From the NCBI RefSeq assembly GCF_009914755.1, contig NC_060928.1: a stretch of 64,000 nucleotides of DNA; one strand, given 5' to 3'. This DNA comes from the human T2T-CHM13v2.0 reference genome, Homo sapiens. This document shows, in pieces, positions 13,320 to 26,289 of this stretch (positions are counted from its first letter, which is position 1; the number at the start of each line of letters is the position of its first letter). The position numbers and the translations under genes were made by a program. Below the pieces are notes generated by a model. The model had not been told where the DNA came from. It worked only from the letters and a program-made list of their open reading frames with translations, and did not search any database.

Positions 13320-13430
13320 TTCAGGATGAAACTGTTCCACCTTGATCATCAGGTATTAGTTAGATTCTCACAAGGAGCACACAACCTAGATCCCTCACAT
13401 GTGCAGTTCACAATAGGGTTTGTGCCCCTG
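13238..13430 (+). mobile_element. MER1B (hAT-Charlie), truncated; inverted partial copy of its end at 12638-12719
   Basis: tttttggcaccagggaccagtttcatggaagacaatttttccatggac...gttagattctcacaaggagc...aacctagatccctc. Confidence 0.8.
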
Positions 13431-14440
13431 TATGTTGAAATCTTAAGTATAAACACTAAAAAGGAATACAGGGAAGAATCGATAATATATAGCAATATAT
13501 AATTAAAGCTGCTGGGCACAGTGGCTCACGCCGGTAATCCCAGTTACTCAGGAGGCTGGGGCGGGAGGATAGCTTGAGCCCAGGAGTTTGAGGCTGTACA
13601 TCGCTGTGATAATGCCACTGCACTATAGCTTGGGCAACAGAGCAAACTCCCATCTCTAATAATAATAATAGCTAACAAAGGAGAAAAACTGGAATAAAAA
13701 TATTCAATTAATCCAAAAGAAAGAGAAAAGGGAGGAGTGAAAATGCCAAAGTACATGGAAGAAATAGAAAATGTATAGTAAGATTTAAACACAACTATTT
13801 TAGTAATTATGTAAATTCAAAAAGTACTAAAAACTATAATCAAAACAGAGACACTATCAGAATAGGTTTAAAAAGTAAGACCAAAGTACATGCTATTTAC
13901 AAGAAACATGCTTAAATTATGAAGACATAGAAAAGTGAAAGTAAAAGAACAGAAAAAACTGTACTACAAAATACTAATTAAAATCAAGAGGAATGGTTAT
14001 GTTAATATCTGATTAAGAAGAATTTATGGTGAAAAAAACTAAAGATAAAAAGCAAGATAATTCATAAGGATACAATAATAATTTCAATAAGAAAGTAAAA
14101 CAATCCTGAGTTTCTTTGTAACTTATAATAAGTTCCAAAATATATAAAGAAAATTTTAACAGAGGAGTAAGAAGAAATCCATATATTTGCAGTCATAGTA
14201 GGAGATTTTAGTATACCTCTCTCAGTAACTGGTAGAATAAACAGAAATAAACAACAACAAAAAAACAGTAACACTTTTGAAGATTTAAACATGATTAACC
14301 AACTTTATTTAATTGGTATATATAAAACATCGTTATGCACAATACCTGCAGAATAAAAATTATTTTCAAGCATGTCAAGCATTTATCAAAATGTATTACT
14401 TGAGGATCGCTTACCATACATAGATAATAACAAACAAAAT
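13431..14440 (+). mobile_element. Old L1M fragment (ORF2 5' region) with a FAM/FRAM monomer at 13509-13670
   Basis: catgctatttacaagaaaca; ggagattttagtatacctctctcagtaactggtagaa. Alu monomer gctgggcacagtggctcacg...ctct(aat)n. Confidence 0.65.
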
Positions 14441-14559
14441 AAAAATATATAGAAAACAGAGCAATTATGTAATTAACATAATTAATTTCCTACATAAAAA
14501 AAAATGTTTGTGAGCTGGTACGATTTTGCAAGAAAAAAAGGAAGAAAAAAAATTCCTAG

Positions 14560-15200
14560 TGTAGAGAGATACCTGTGAAAAGCATGCCATATTTGGAGAG
14601 CTGCAAGTTCCTTAAAGAGCAGCTGTTACATGTGGAAGGTGGTGAGAGATGAGGCTGGAGGGATAGGTAGTGACTTTACTAGGAAAGGACCTGCATGCTT
14701 TGCTGTTTTTTCAACTTTTTTTTCTTATAATCTTGAAATTGTATAAGGAAAATGTAAGAAGTTAACAAGTCATATAAGAAAATTGGACTTGCACTTTGAA
14801 AGTTTCAAAATGGCAACAGTTTGAACATTGAATTAGAAGTGTGTAAAACCACAGGTAGTGAGCCCATATAACAGGCCATTATAAAAATCTAGGTGAAAAA
14901 TAAGGAGATGATAAACTAGAGGATATAAGAATGGTCATATAAAAGATGACACATAGTAAAATTAAAGAACTACCAGGACTACATGATTGGCATCAATAAC
15001 TAAGATAGGAAAGGTAGGCAATGAGCAAATGAGAGGGTAATTGTGAGAAGCGTTCACTTCAGTTTGGAGCATGCTGTCTTTAAGGTGCCTATGAAATCCC
15101 TGACTGTAAATGTTTAGCATGGAATGCATATGTAGCTTGGAAGCACTTGGGAAAGATGTGGTCTGGATCAACAGATTTGGGATATCATAGTAGCTAAAGC
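14560..15200 (-). mobile_element. L2 relic
   Basis: ggtgagagatgaggctggag...cagtttggagcatgctgtctttaaggtgcctatgaaatcc. Confidence 0.55.
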
Positions 15201-15451
15201 TAGGATTGTGTTTGAAGTATGTGAGTGTTAATGAAAAGAAACTGAGAAGAAGGGAGAACAGAGGAGAGAAGAGGAAAGGGAGGGAAAAGAGGAAAATGAA
15301 TGGAAGAGAAGGGAAAGCAAAAATAAAGAAAAGATAGGGGTGGGAGGAAGAAGAAGGAAGGGGGACGAAAGAGTATCTTCATGGTTTAAAAATATTAGTA
15401 ATAGCTATCACTTATTGAGGGCTTAGCGTACACCAGACAGTAAAATAATCC

Positions 15452-16348
15452 TGTGATACAGGAAAATCTAAAATCTTTTTTTCATACTATACTCTCACAA
15501 TACAGAATAATTCTGTGACTACAGATGTGTGGAGCTTCCCCACAACACACACACCTCATACAATTCTGCAGATGATTCTGCAGCAGACACCAGCTGGATG
15601 TCTTCTAGTTCAATTCAATTCTGACACTATCTACCTGGAGAGCATGTCAGATTCCACAGGTTAAGGGCTTAGTCCCACAAGACTGCCCCTACTTCAGATG
15701 CTGGTTGCAAGAACAGATTGTGGCCTGTGCTTCTTATTGACTAGCTATCAATTAGGGTTTCCATGACTCCTTTCTTGGATTTGATTAATTTCCAAGAACA
15801 GCTCACAGAACTAAGGGAAACAATTTACTTACATTTAACCATTTATTATAAAGAATATTACGAAGGATAAATTGCCAGAGGGAAGAACTGCACAGGGCAA
15901 GGTAAAGAAGGGGAGAAGGGGCAGACAGCTTTCATGGCTTCTCTAGGCATGGCACCCTCCAGGAACTGCCACTCGTTCAGTTATCCAGAATCCCCTCTAA
16001 ATCCTGTCTTTTGGGGTTTTTATGGAGACTTCATTACATAGGCATGATTGATTGATTTCATTGGTCATTGGTGATCAACTCAACTTTCATCCTCCCCATG
16101 CTTCCCAGAAGTTGGGAAATGGGACTGAAAGTCCCAACCCTCTAATCATGCATTGGTCTTTCAAGTGACCAGCCCCCATCCTGAAGCTATCTAGGGTCCC
16201 CAGCCACCAGTCATCTCATTCACATACAGAAGACTCTCCTATCACTCCAGAGATCCCAAGGGTTCTACTGTGTGCCAGGGAACCAGATGAAGTCCAAATA
16301 TATACATATGCACATATACATATATATCTTATTATAGATCATATCTCA
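15452..16348 (-). mobile_element. MER21B/C solo LTR inserted in a MIR
   Basis: Reverse strand reads aatgagatgactggtggctggggaccctagatagcttcaggatgggggctggtcac, as in MER21; MIR pieces flank both sides. Confidence 0.75.
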
Positions 16349-17972
16349 AAGCCTTTTAATATTTCAAAAATTTAATTCTAACAATCCTATGAAGTGGATA
16401 TGATTATCATCTTCACTTCAAAGAAAAGGAAACTGAGTTTAGAGAAATTAAATTAATGTGACCAAAGTAATCTAGACCATAAGCAGCAAAACAAGGGCAC
16501 TAAATCCAGATATTTCTGACAGTTTTCATGATAAGAAACTATGCAGTAGTGCCTATCTAGCCAATGTCACAAATCTAGGCCAAAATGAGTCCCCAAAAAA
16601 GAATTGAGGAAATTATTAACAGTGCCCAGTGCTGTAAAAACAAAATAAAACAAACAAAATATATAAAGTCAGAAACAATGCTTCAAAAACATGGTCTTTG
16701 GATTTTGCATTTAGGAATCACTGCTGGCTTTGACAAAATCAGTTGCCACTGAGTGGTAGAAGACAGACCACAACAGGTTTATGCAAGCTTGGAAGGTAAA
16801 CAGATAATGACGGTAAATTTGGCCTATTCTCTAAGGCCTGGCCATGAGGAAAGAGAGGTTGAGAGTTCCTAATATGCTATGAAAGGAGGTTTTGTTTTTG
16901 TTCTAAACGTCCCAGCGTCATGAATATATTGCATTACTGAAGAGAGAGAGTAAGCAGCTGGAGAGATTACAGAAATAAGAGAAAGGAGATGAATGAGAAA
17001 GGAGTCTGAAGAAACAGAATTTAGAGGAAATTGATAAAGTGTGAGAACCTGGAGGGGGATCATGTCTAGAGCACTGAGTTGAGTATTGTCCTCAAACCCA
17101 AGGAGTGATTTTCTTCTCGCTAAGGAAGTAGATGCCCAAAGAATGTTTATAAAAGGAGGAATTGAAGTTCTTCCTAAGACTTCTAATTTCTCATGAAGAA
17201 GAAAAAGTAAATTGCATTTTATTAGTAATAAAAGTATTTTTCATAAAGCATATGATTTACTATGACTTAAATGAAGAGTAAACACAACTGAATCATTTAC
17301 ATATATCCTTATATTTTATTAGCTTCAAGGGTATAGGCTTTTACATACTTGAAAATGCTAGCTGTAGATGTTTAAATAAAAGTTAAAAATCACAGTTCTT
17401 TGTGCCAGTTGGCTCAATTTTTTTTTCAGCCTTCAATTACTTTGTACTTTTATCTTTTTTATTACCACCAGAACTCATATACACAGTCAAGTCTGAATTT
17501 CTTTAGTTGCAGCTGGCTTCTCCTGAACTTAACATTACCTCGCAAAGTCCTGGGGGTACCAATTGGTATATCTTATCTAAAAGTTCATAAAATATGATGA
17601 ATATAAACATTAAAATACAACACTGAGGATGAATTGTTTGAAACATGCATGGGTCTTTAAACCCAAGATGTTAGTGAAATCAAGCTAAATTCAAAATAAT
17701 CAGAACTTTTGACAAAATCAAAAATTTATCTGGAATTGATCGCCCTAAGATGAACGTGAGACGTGACTAATAAGTTCTATAAAGATATACAGTTATAATT
17801 AAGTGAACTACAAATCTATTTTGTTGTGGTGTAAAACACTTTCAGAGATGAAAACCTTACTTATAAGAATTTGCACGCTTGTAAATCATGACCTCAGTAA
17901 ATCTATAAGGTTGCATTATAATAAGTAGTTATGGATATTACAAGTAAGTCATTTTTCCTTCTGGCTTTTCAG

Positions 17973-18093
17973 ATTTAGGGTCTTGTATTCAGAAATGTAT
18001 ACCCATTTGGGAAACAATATTCTGGAATTTTTAACAAGATATAAAATTTCATTGTCACAGAAAGACAGCCTCATTGTAAAGACCACATATCAA
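17973..18093 (+). pseudogene. Pseudo-exon D (121 nt)
   Basis: Acceptor tttttccttctggcttttcag| and donor AA|GTAAAT. Phase-0 frame I*GLVFRNVYPFGKQYSGIFNKI*NFIVTERQPHCKDHIS. Compare recalled ZPBP2 ELFIAFQVNPFAPGWKG...DCED. Confidence 0.6.
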
Positions 18094-18484
18094 GTAAATG
18101 AGAAAAGATATGTACATGTGTTTGTGGGTGCTTAGAGTGGGAAAGCAGAAAAGGGAATTGAAATAAGAAACAACTAGAAAATAATCACACCATAAAAAGT
18201 CAACCACTGTCTCCAGAGTAGTAAATTGTAAGTTGAGGGAGCAATTTAAAACAGGAAGTTAGGATATAATGCAGTTTGTAAAGTTAAAATATTGTAAAGT
18301 TAGAATAAGAAATTTAAAGTAATCTTAAGGTGTGAAAAAATTTAGAACTATGCCATATTGTTTTTTTTAACTTTTAAAAAAGGTACTTGTACTACTGAGT
18401 ATAAAGTTCCTTATGAATTCCATCAGCTAGAACATATTAGAAACTATGTTTCCTTTATACAGACAAACTTTTATACACATATAC

Positions 18485-18550
18485 TTATGTGTGTATGTGT
18501 GTGTGTATATATATAGAGAGAGAGGTATGTATATATGTACACACACACAG
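18485..18550. repeat. Compound (TG)n(TA)n(GA)n(CA)n microsatellite
   Basis: Direct reading. Confidence 0.85.
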
Positions 18551-19229
18551 CACACTTGACACCTAAATGTTATGTCGAATATTTTCTACATTTTGTTTTT
18601 ACATTGTAATACTGTATTTTCAGCCCAATTAAAGAGATTGTTTCGAAAAGTCACCATATTTTTAACACTTAATGCAAACAGATGATGCAAGTGGTAGTGA
18701 AGGAAAGAAATAAAATTAAATGAAGCAACCCATAATTTTTTTGTCCAGCATTGTCCCTAAGTGCACACAGGGAAATTTCAAAGTTCCTTAGGATCTCCCT
18801 TTTGTTTTCCCTCACTTGTCATTCACAGTGGAATAAAATCCTTGAGCTATGGAGCTACCTGATTCTGAGGTCAGTTCATTTTTCAGTGAAAGAACTATTT
18901 CTAGGTTCATTCAAAATATCAATTTTTGTAGTAATTTTCATTTTATATATTTGCAGTAACTTTGGCCATGAACTAAACCAGAGTCACAAATTTTAAGGTT
19001 AAAGGTAACCTAGGAAACAGACTCATCTAACCCATTCATTTTAAGTGCAAATTTGAATGTCAATTGTAATGCACAGTGTACCATACTACATTGTCGCTTG
19101 TTCTTTCAATAGCTGTACACTTGGAGCAAGCTTTAGGAAATATGAGACACAAAACATATGTTCTTACTTGCATTATCCTTTGTGCCCTTCTTGCGACACT
19201 TATAAGAAATTATTTTTATTAAAATTATA

Positions 19230-19897
<668 letters not shown>

Positions 19898-19914
19898 ATT
19901 TAAAAATATTTATT

Positions 19915-20039
19915 GGGCTGTTTTTATTGCAGTGTCTCGTGCTTATCCCAGCTACTAGAGAGTCTGAGGCAGGAAAATTGCTTGAGCCAGGAGTTCAAAA
20001 CCAGCCTGGGCAACAAAGCAAGACCCTGTATCAAAAAAA
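19915..20039 (+). mobile_element. FLAM monomer
   Basis: tcccagctactagagagtctgaggcaggaaaattgcttgagccaggagttcaaaaccagcctgggcaac. Confidence 0.75.
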
Positions 20040-20404
20040 TTACTGGGCTTCTAATTTGTTCTGGACATTGACATTAATTCAGGAAGCTACAATGACAAAC
20101 ATGAAGGAAATGGCTCCTGATCTAACAGAGCTGCCTGGGAGTGAGACAACTTGGCTCAATTAAGGACAATAAAGTGCCATAAGAATCTCTGACTGCTATT
20201 TGGAGAATAATACCAGTACGTTTTTATCTATAATTCCACATACAAAATATCAGGTCAGTTAGCTTTTAAACTTTGTATGTTCTTAGTGTCAATTTTTTTC
20301 AGTTTTTAAAACCAACAAATTTTATTTATTACATTATTTATCATAAATTTCTATTTATAAAGTTTCCTTCACTTTTCAAATATTTTTCTCTTTAATTATT
20401 CTAG

Positions 20405-20665
20405 GTGTCAAAAAGCTATTGATTTGACAAACCACATTACTAAATCCATTCCTATTAACCACAAAACAATAACTTAAAAGACTCAACCCATGATTAAATT
20501 GCAGTTTAAATGTTAACAACTGAATTAATTTCAATATGCTGCTACCTTGTTCATTTTCCTGTTTGAAATTTTCTATTGCTACTTTAACAAAAAGAATATC
20601 AACCATGTTGTCTTTATGGATTGCTCACTTATTCAAATAGCTATTACTCATCTACTAAAAATAAG
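20405..20665 (+). pseudogene. Pseudo-exon E: Sp38 helix and Cys-rich region
   Basis: Acceptor tttttctctttaattattctag|; probable donor AAG|GCGAAT (GC or mutated GT). Frame-shifted pieces CQKAIDL, LNCSLNV, LPCSF, QKEYQPCCL, DCS, NSYYSST parallel recalled ZPBP RLFKAKNL / DHSLQV / DSCRPG / CPECCVICSPGSYN. Confidence 0.55.
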
Positions 20666-20775
20666 GCGAATAATAAAGGCTTTCTAAAACTATATATCAA
20701 GGAGAAAGTTTTATAGCTTTAGTATTGCTTACAAATCAATTCCTTAGAGTTGGTCTGCCATTAGTAGCTTTTAAG

Positions 20776-20828
20776 ACTGCCTAGAGCTGTGTCATTCACT
20801 GCTATTTTGACACATTAATGCACTAATG
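20776..20828 (+). pseudogene. Pseudo-exon F: terminal Cys motif of module 1
   Basis: gcttttaag| acceptor and ATG|GTATGT donor. Reads (D)CLELCHSLLF*, then after a shift CTN. Compare recalled ZPBP C-terminus HCLQCNSSLVYGAKTCL. Confidence 0.55.
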
Positions 20829-22574
20829 GTATGTGCAGGCTGACATAACTTCTCTCTAGTTCTATTACAATAATTATCAAGACCCTTCTATGAGACATAC
20901 AAAGTTAAGCAAGGTGACAAAGAGTATGTAAATACTCAAGTATTCCTGAAGCATTCATTTAAAAATGACAGTGAATAATTAAGAAACTATAAAAACACCA
21001 AGATAAAAACTATCTGCTGAGAACCTCATCAGAGGAAACAAACCATGAATAAAAGAGACAGTCACTTAGAAATGAGGGCAGATACATTCAAGTATTCATT
21101 TTCTTTTTATAAAACAAGGTTAAAAGTTATGACATGATAACACAAATCACCCACTAAAACCCTATGACTTACTGGCAGTTTTAAATGCAATGAGTATACA
21201 TTTAAGAAGTATATAATATGGGAAAAATCAAATTGCCTTCAAAAATAATTTCATCTTTGGTGGGAAGATAGACATAAATTTTTTATGAAAAATAAAAATA
21301 CTGTATTAATGTAAATTGGTAAATACGATCCATTCAGGGCGACAAAAATTGGCTATTGACAATAAAGTACTTAGTTTGCTTTCTCTATTCTCCCTTCTCC
21401 ATTTCATACCAGGTTAAATGAACAAAAGTCCTCCAAATGAACTGCCTGTTATGTTACTTCTGTCAAAAATAATAAATGCCTTCCTACTATCTATTTTGTC
21501 ACATTAAAACAACATTTTCACCATCCTGGCTCCCTACCAGCTCAGGCTCAACACCATCCTTTTTTACTTCCAATCTGATGCTAATGCCAGGGAACATTAA
21601 CAAGTTTTGATGTTACCTTATCAAAACTATTCATAGAAGTGCTTTTCACCTTCACTTTCTTCTTATTCTATGAATGACCCAACTATTTGTAGAACTTTAG
21701 ATTCTAAGGGACAGTAGAACCAAAAATCGAGATATTTTCTCAAGTTTAAAAAATGTAAAGCCAATAAATTAATAAAAACAGTGGTTTAGATTTAAGACCG
21801 AATAATTTAAAATAATAATAATTACAGAGCTGCCAATACAGATGGGAGAAGTAATTAAAAAGCTGAGCATAGAAGAGATAGAAAAGTGAAACAGAAATCA
21901 ATAAAGATCCTGTACCCTGCTTTTCACTATCCACCACAGGGAAATCTTCAAAGATGGTGGGAAGGGTGCTTATCATCTCTGATAAGTGTGAGGATCCAGA
22001 GTGGAGGACATCAGTACTGTCTTCCCATCTGCTTGCCCTGGAAGGCATCAAGGTCTAGAAAGTTCCCCAGAATTTCATGTCACAGGAAAACAGAATTGAG
22101 ATAGTTATGTGGAGAGATCAGTATAGGCAAGCCCACTGAGATACCCAGAACTCCAGCAAGGTATGGAAGGACTGCCAAATTTCCCCTATTGTGAGAAAAA
22201 TTTTTAAAAAATGAAACATAGATCCAGCAGATATTGAAGCACCCTTGTTATCATAATGAAGGACATTGTAGAGGAAAGTGGGATCAAATACAGATGCAGA
22301 CACCTCTGCAAACTCTAGCATAGAGGGATGATCCTGGTCAAGAATGTACTAACTCAGTAAATGATAGCTCTGAATAGAGGATGTCATTTAAGCAAATATC
22401 ATGTTACATCTCTAGCCAGGACACAACACTGGTGGGAACTAGATTATTTCAGAAAAAAAAATGAGGGAAGATTAAAAGGGGAGAAGAGGAGAGAAGGAAG
22501 AGGGAACAAGAGGTGGAGAGATGAAGAAAAAGGAGAAAGGACAAGGGATAGGTAATTCCTGAAATAAACTAGTT

Positions 22575-22760
22575 GAAGGATCAGGCTCTTGAGTCGAAAT
22601 GTCCATTTCAATTCCCAGTTTTATCTTATTTGTTGTGTAACCTTGAGTAAGTTACCTAGTCTTTCTGTACCTCAGTGTCCTTATCTGTAAAATAGGGATA
22701 AAAATAGTACCTACTCTATCAGGATGCTAGAAAATTAAATGAATCAATACATACAAAGTG
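22575..22760 (+). mobile_element. MIR
   Basis: Core tgtgtaaccttgagtaagttacct...cctcagtgtccttatctgtaaaataggga. Confidence 0.75.
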
Positions 22761-24517
22761 GGGGAAAAACCATAAGAAGAGTAAAGCTTTTGTGTAAGTG
22801 GAGAGGACATTCTGGCCAAGGACAATGGAATGGTTATGGTATTTCCAGCCACAGTGAAAGACAGTTGGTGGAAGGGAAATAATTGTATAGAGGAGAAAAT
22901 GAGCTAAGTATGGAGTATTTAGAGTCTGAGTTTAAAGGGGCAGGACAAGGACTTGGCATTACATCCTCAGTAGTCTACATGCAGAAAGTCTAGTACAAGT
23001 AGGTATGCATTCAATGCATGAACAAATGATGTCAATGATGGCTATTAATTGTACACTATAAACTAGCCTTGACCAATCGCCAAGTCAACAGTATGATAGC
23101 TTGTACCAGTCTCTACTTGTGAACTCTGTATGATTAAGTGAACAAGTCAGAAAAACTCAAATAATAACCACCTTTGGATCCTCTTATGAGAATAAAAAAA
23201 GGTTCAGATTTTACCATAACATTTAGTCACAAGTAATTAAGTCAGGCTCTTGTAAATTTCCTCTGTGTATATACTGGTTATAGAATCTTTTTAAGTTCCT
23301 GGTCTAGAATATTAAAGAATGCTACCCAACCTGCCAAGACAGTTTTAGTTTTGTGCTCTAGAGAAGATGCTATTTCAGAAAAAGTGATCACAATATTTCC
23401 ACTTCACAGATCTGTTATAAAATTAAATTAATCTTTATAGGCACTCACGAGAAACACAAATATTGTTTCTCTTTAAAAAATGATCTTACATGGAGAATAC
23501 AAAGCTAATGATAATTCAGCTGTATTTAAGTGTAAAGGGTAAATGTATTTTCAAATAACAGAGTTTGGGGGTTTTTTTGGTTATAGAGTTTGTGAAAATA
23601 TAAAAGAAAAATATTAAAATTACTCTTGGTTTGATTAGATAAATGTGGGGTCAAATTTTTCTTTAAAACAAAGGAGTCTGAAAATTAAGTTCAGACTTTT
23701 GATATTTATGTTATTAAATTTTTTAAATGTTCCACATGTGATGTTATAATATGTACATTCTGATAAAAAATACTCCACTGTTTGTTACTATTGTACATTA
23801 TTAAACAGTATATTGCAAAGAATAAAACATATCATTTCCTCAAATATTCCATGATCATTCCATGATCAGTGTGTCATGTGAAATAGTCCTTTTTACCTTG
23901 AGCTGATCTTTAATTCTTGCTTAAAAAAATAATGAATGACTTAACACAGGACCAACAAATCAACAGCAGAAGATCAAAGAATTTTAAGAATCAAGGAAAC
24001 TTAAGAAATTTGCCGGGTCAATCTCTAATTTAATTGATTGGAAACTACTCATATTCTGTTGAGTCAGTTATCCAGTTTGATATAGTTAGAGACAGAGCTA
24101 GGATAAGAAACAAGTATTAGAAGGTTCCCAATGCCCAGAGCAGCGCACCACTGTAGATCATTTGGGATCATTACCCAGAACTGACAAATGCATAAACTGA
24201 TACTCAGAAATGTACTTTAGACAAGATGACGCGAATATGACAGTGAAACTGGTACTAACAACAATGATAATGAAGACCCATTACTTATTTTACATTATTT
24301 TGCTCTTTTTGGAAGAACTTTTGAAAAATGATTAAGAATCTCATCTTCAACAGAAATACACCTATGAAGTAATTTGTTCATATACAACTTAAAATATGTA
24401 AAATAGAATCCTGAAGTTAAAAACAGGATGAATTGAAATTCACTTTAAAGAAAAATATCTTCCATGTCCCAACTTAATTATCATTAAAAATAGGGAGGTT
24501 AAAAACAAGATACCCAA

Positions 24518-24642
24518 GCTGGGCCCTGTGATGCATGCTTGTAGTATCAGCTACTGGGAAGGCTGAGGCAGGTGAATAACCCAGGCCCAGGAGTTCATAT
24601 CTAGTCTGGGCAACATAGCAAGATACTGTCTCTTAAAAAAAA
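24518..24642 (+). mobile_element. FLAM monomer
   Basis: gctgggccctgtgatgcatgcttgtagt...cccaggagttc...ctgggcaacatagcaagatactgtctcttaaaaaa. Confidence 0.8.
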
Positions 24643-25256
24643 TCCAAGTATATCTTATTAAAAATATTAGTGGTAATGAGATAGCTACCAGTACTACAAA
24701 AATGCCAAAGTAAATATGCTTTAAAAATAAAGCCTGAATTTTGCTATTTCCTATAATCCAAATATACAATTTTTTCTTAAACCTGACTCTACCTACATTC
24801 GTGGGAGTGCGGAAAAGATAGTAAAACTTGATAATTACAAATATTAAATTAATTGAATATTTATACAAATAATTAGTTCAATACATTAGAGTCTCATTTA
24901 ATAATTTGATGCTACTACTAAAATAGGGAAAGAATGTCAGCATTAAAACACATCTTAGCATTGCTGGCATTATCATTAGAGTTTACATGTGTTTTTCTTC
25001 CATTGAGGAGTAAGAAGAAAATGTTGCTATTTTGTTATAATCATTACTACTTTTCTTGTAGTGTAGAGTTTAGAAGGTTTATTTTGTAGGTTTTTAAACT
25101 CATAATTTCAACTAGTTAAGACACTTTTCCCAGTGTTTTACAATGGAATATGGTCGAAATGAAATAATTTTAGTAAACTTAATTATTTTTTTCACTATGC
25201 AAGTAATACTCACTTAGCTATCTGAACTCAATATGTTAATATATACTTACTTTTAG

Positions 25257-25567
25257 GGTCATTAGTGGGACTTGAGTCATTTATAATAACACAAATTTTA
25301 CTAGGTTAATCTGACAAACCAACCTGCAGAGTATGTGCATCTTTGTCTAATCTTAAGTAATAGTCTTACTGATTTAAGCAGACACACAGAGATGTTAGGA
25401 AGTTGTCTTACATATGGACAAGGAAAAGGTTTCAATTACACTGGCAAATGTTTTGGTTGGGCAGATGAAGAATAAATGAAATACTGGCATGTCCTGGAGG
25501 GGTTTTAAACTTAAGCACAATGGTTCACCATCTATATTGAATAACTTAAACAAATTCATGTTTCAAG
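25257..25567 (+). pseudogene. Pseudo-exon G: Ig-like domain of module 2
   Basis: Acceptor tacttacttttag| and donor AAG|GTAGAG (phase 1, splitting a Gly codon). Pieces VNLTNQPAEYVHLCL, RDVRKLSYIWT, RINE, NGSPSILNNLNKFMFQ(G). Compare recalled ZPBP2 IYVELHQNSPVLICM...EIVDPTYLWI...RINI..TGQLMVKDFLEPLSG. Confidence 0.6.
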
Positions 25568-25884
25568 GTAGAGGCTTGAAGAGAATAATCATTCATAAGT
25601 CTTCACAGCTATGATATTACAATTTTAATTTTTTGAAATGTCATGTACCTCTGTACCACCTAAGACATTTGTCACATGTGAATGGGAGAGTTTCTTCCAC
25701 TATCCTGAAGTAGTTCCTGAAAGGAGCCAGCTAGTCAAACAATTTAAAATGTCATGATTTTTAAAGTTACACCTTTAATATATTGCAAAGCATTTTCATC
25801 CACTGTATAAATAGCACATGGTATTTGACATTTTTCTACTATTTTATAGCTTAGAAGCATAATTTGAACAAAAATTTAGTGCAC

Positions 25885-26112
25885 TACACTATAAGAGTGG
25901 ACCGAGCATTTAGGAGCTTTGATATCAGATAGATTTGGATTGTAATAGAGTCTCTTCTACCCCCAAGCCGGATAAATATTTTAAGTACGTAGTCTCATTT
26001 TTATCATCTATAAAAAGAGAGGTCATATCTGCACATCCTAGGGTAGTTACAATGATTAAGTATAATTATTATATAAAGGCCTAGCAAGCACATAATAGAT
26101 CCTCAATAAATA
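25885..26112 (+). mobile_element. MIR (in the intron between pseudo-exons G and H)
   Basis: gagctttgatatcagatagatttgg...tctcatttttatcatctataaaa...gcacataatagatcctcaataaat. Confidence 0.6.
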
Positions 26113-26158
26113 TGAGTTCTCTTACTTTACTATTTTTTCAAAACCCTTTCAAGGCAAG

Positions 26159-26289
26159 GCTATGTAAAATGTAATTTGTGATTATCAGCAAATTAGTAGC
26201 AGTGAAGGGTGATTAAACAGTTAAAAATTGTTTATTAGATTTGACAGTCTTCAAGGAATGAGTGTTTATTAGAAAAAAATGTTTATAAG
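26159..26289 (+). pseudogene. Pseudo-exon H: Ig F/G strands of module 2
   Basis: Long pyrimidine tract, acceptor ...caaggcaag| and donor AAG|GTAACA. Reads (G)YVKCNL*LSAN**Q*RVIKQLKIVY*I. Compare recalled ZPBP [26 protein letters not shown]. Confidence 0.6.

Noticed and set aside
20376-20606. Minus-strand ORF MVDILFVKVAIENFKQENEQ..., with a vague likeness to the LRRIQ3 C-terminus
   Set aside because: The similarity is weak and low-complexity, and the region is better explained as the antisense of + strand pseudo-exon E.
23898-23920. 23-nt minus-strand micro-exon candidate (RIKDQLK)
   Set aside because: Too short to tell from random splice-like signals.
24123-24200. Peptide GSQCPEQRTTVDHLGSLPRTDKC resembling a SCUBE/ephrin-receptor-like Cys repeat, a tempting extra exon
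   Set aside because: It overlaps the end of a MIR-like relic (~23985-24160) and has no convincing splice sites.
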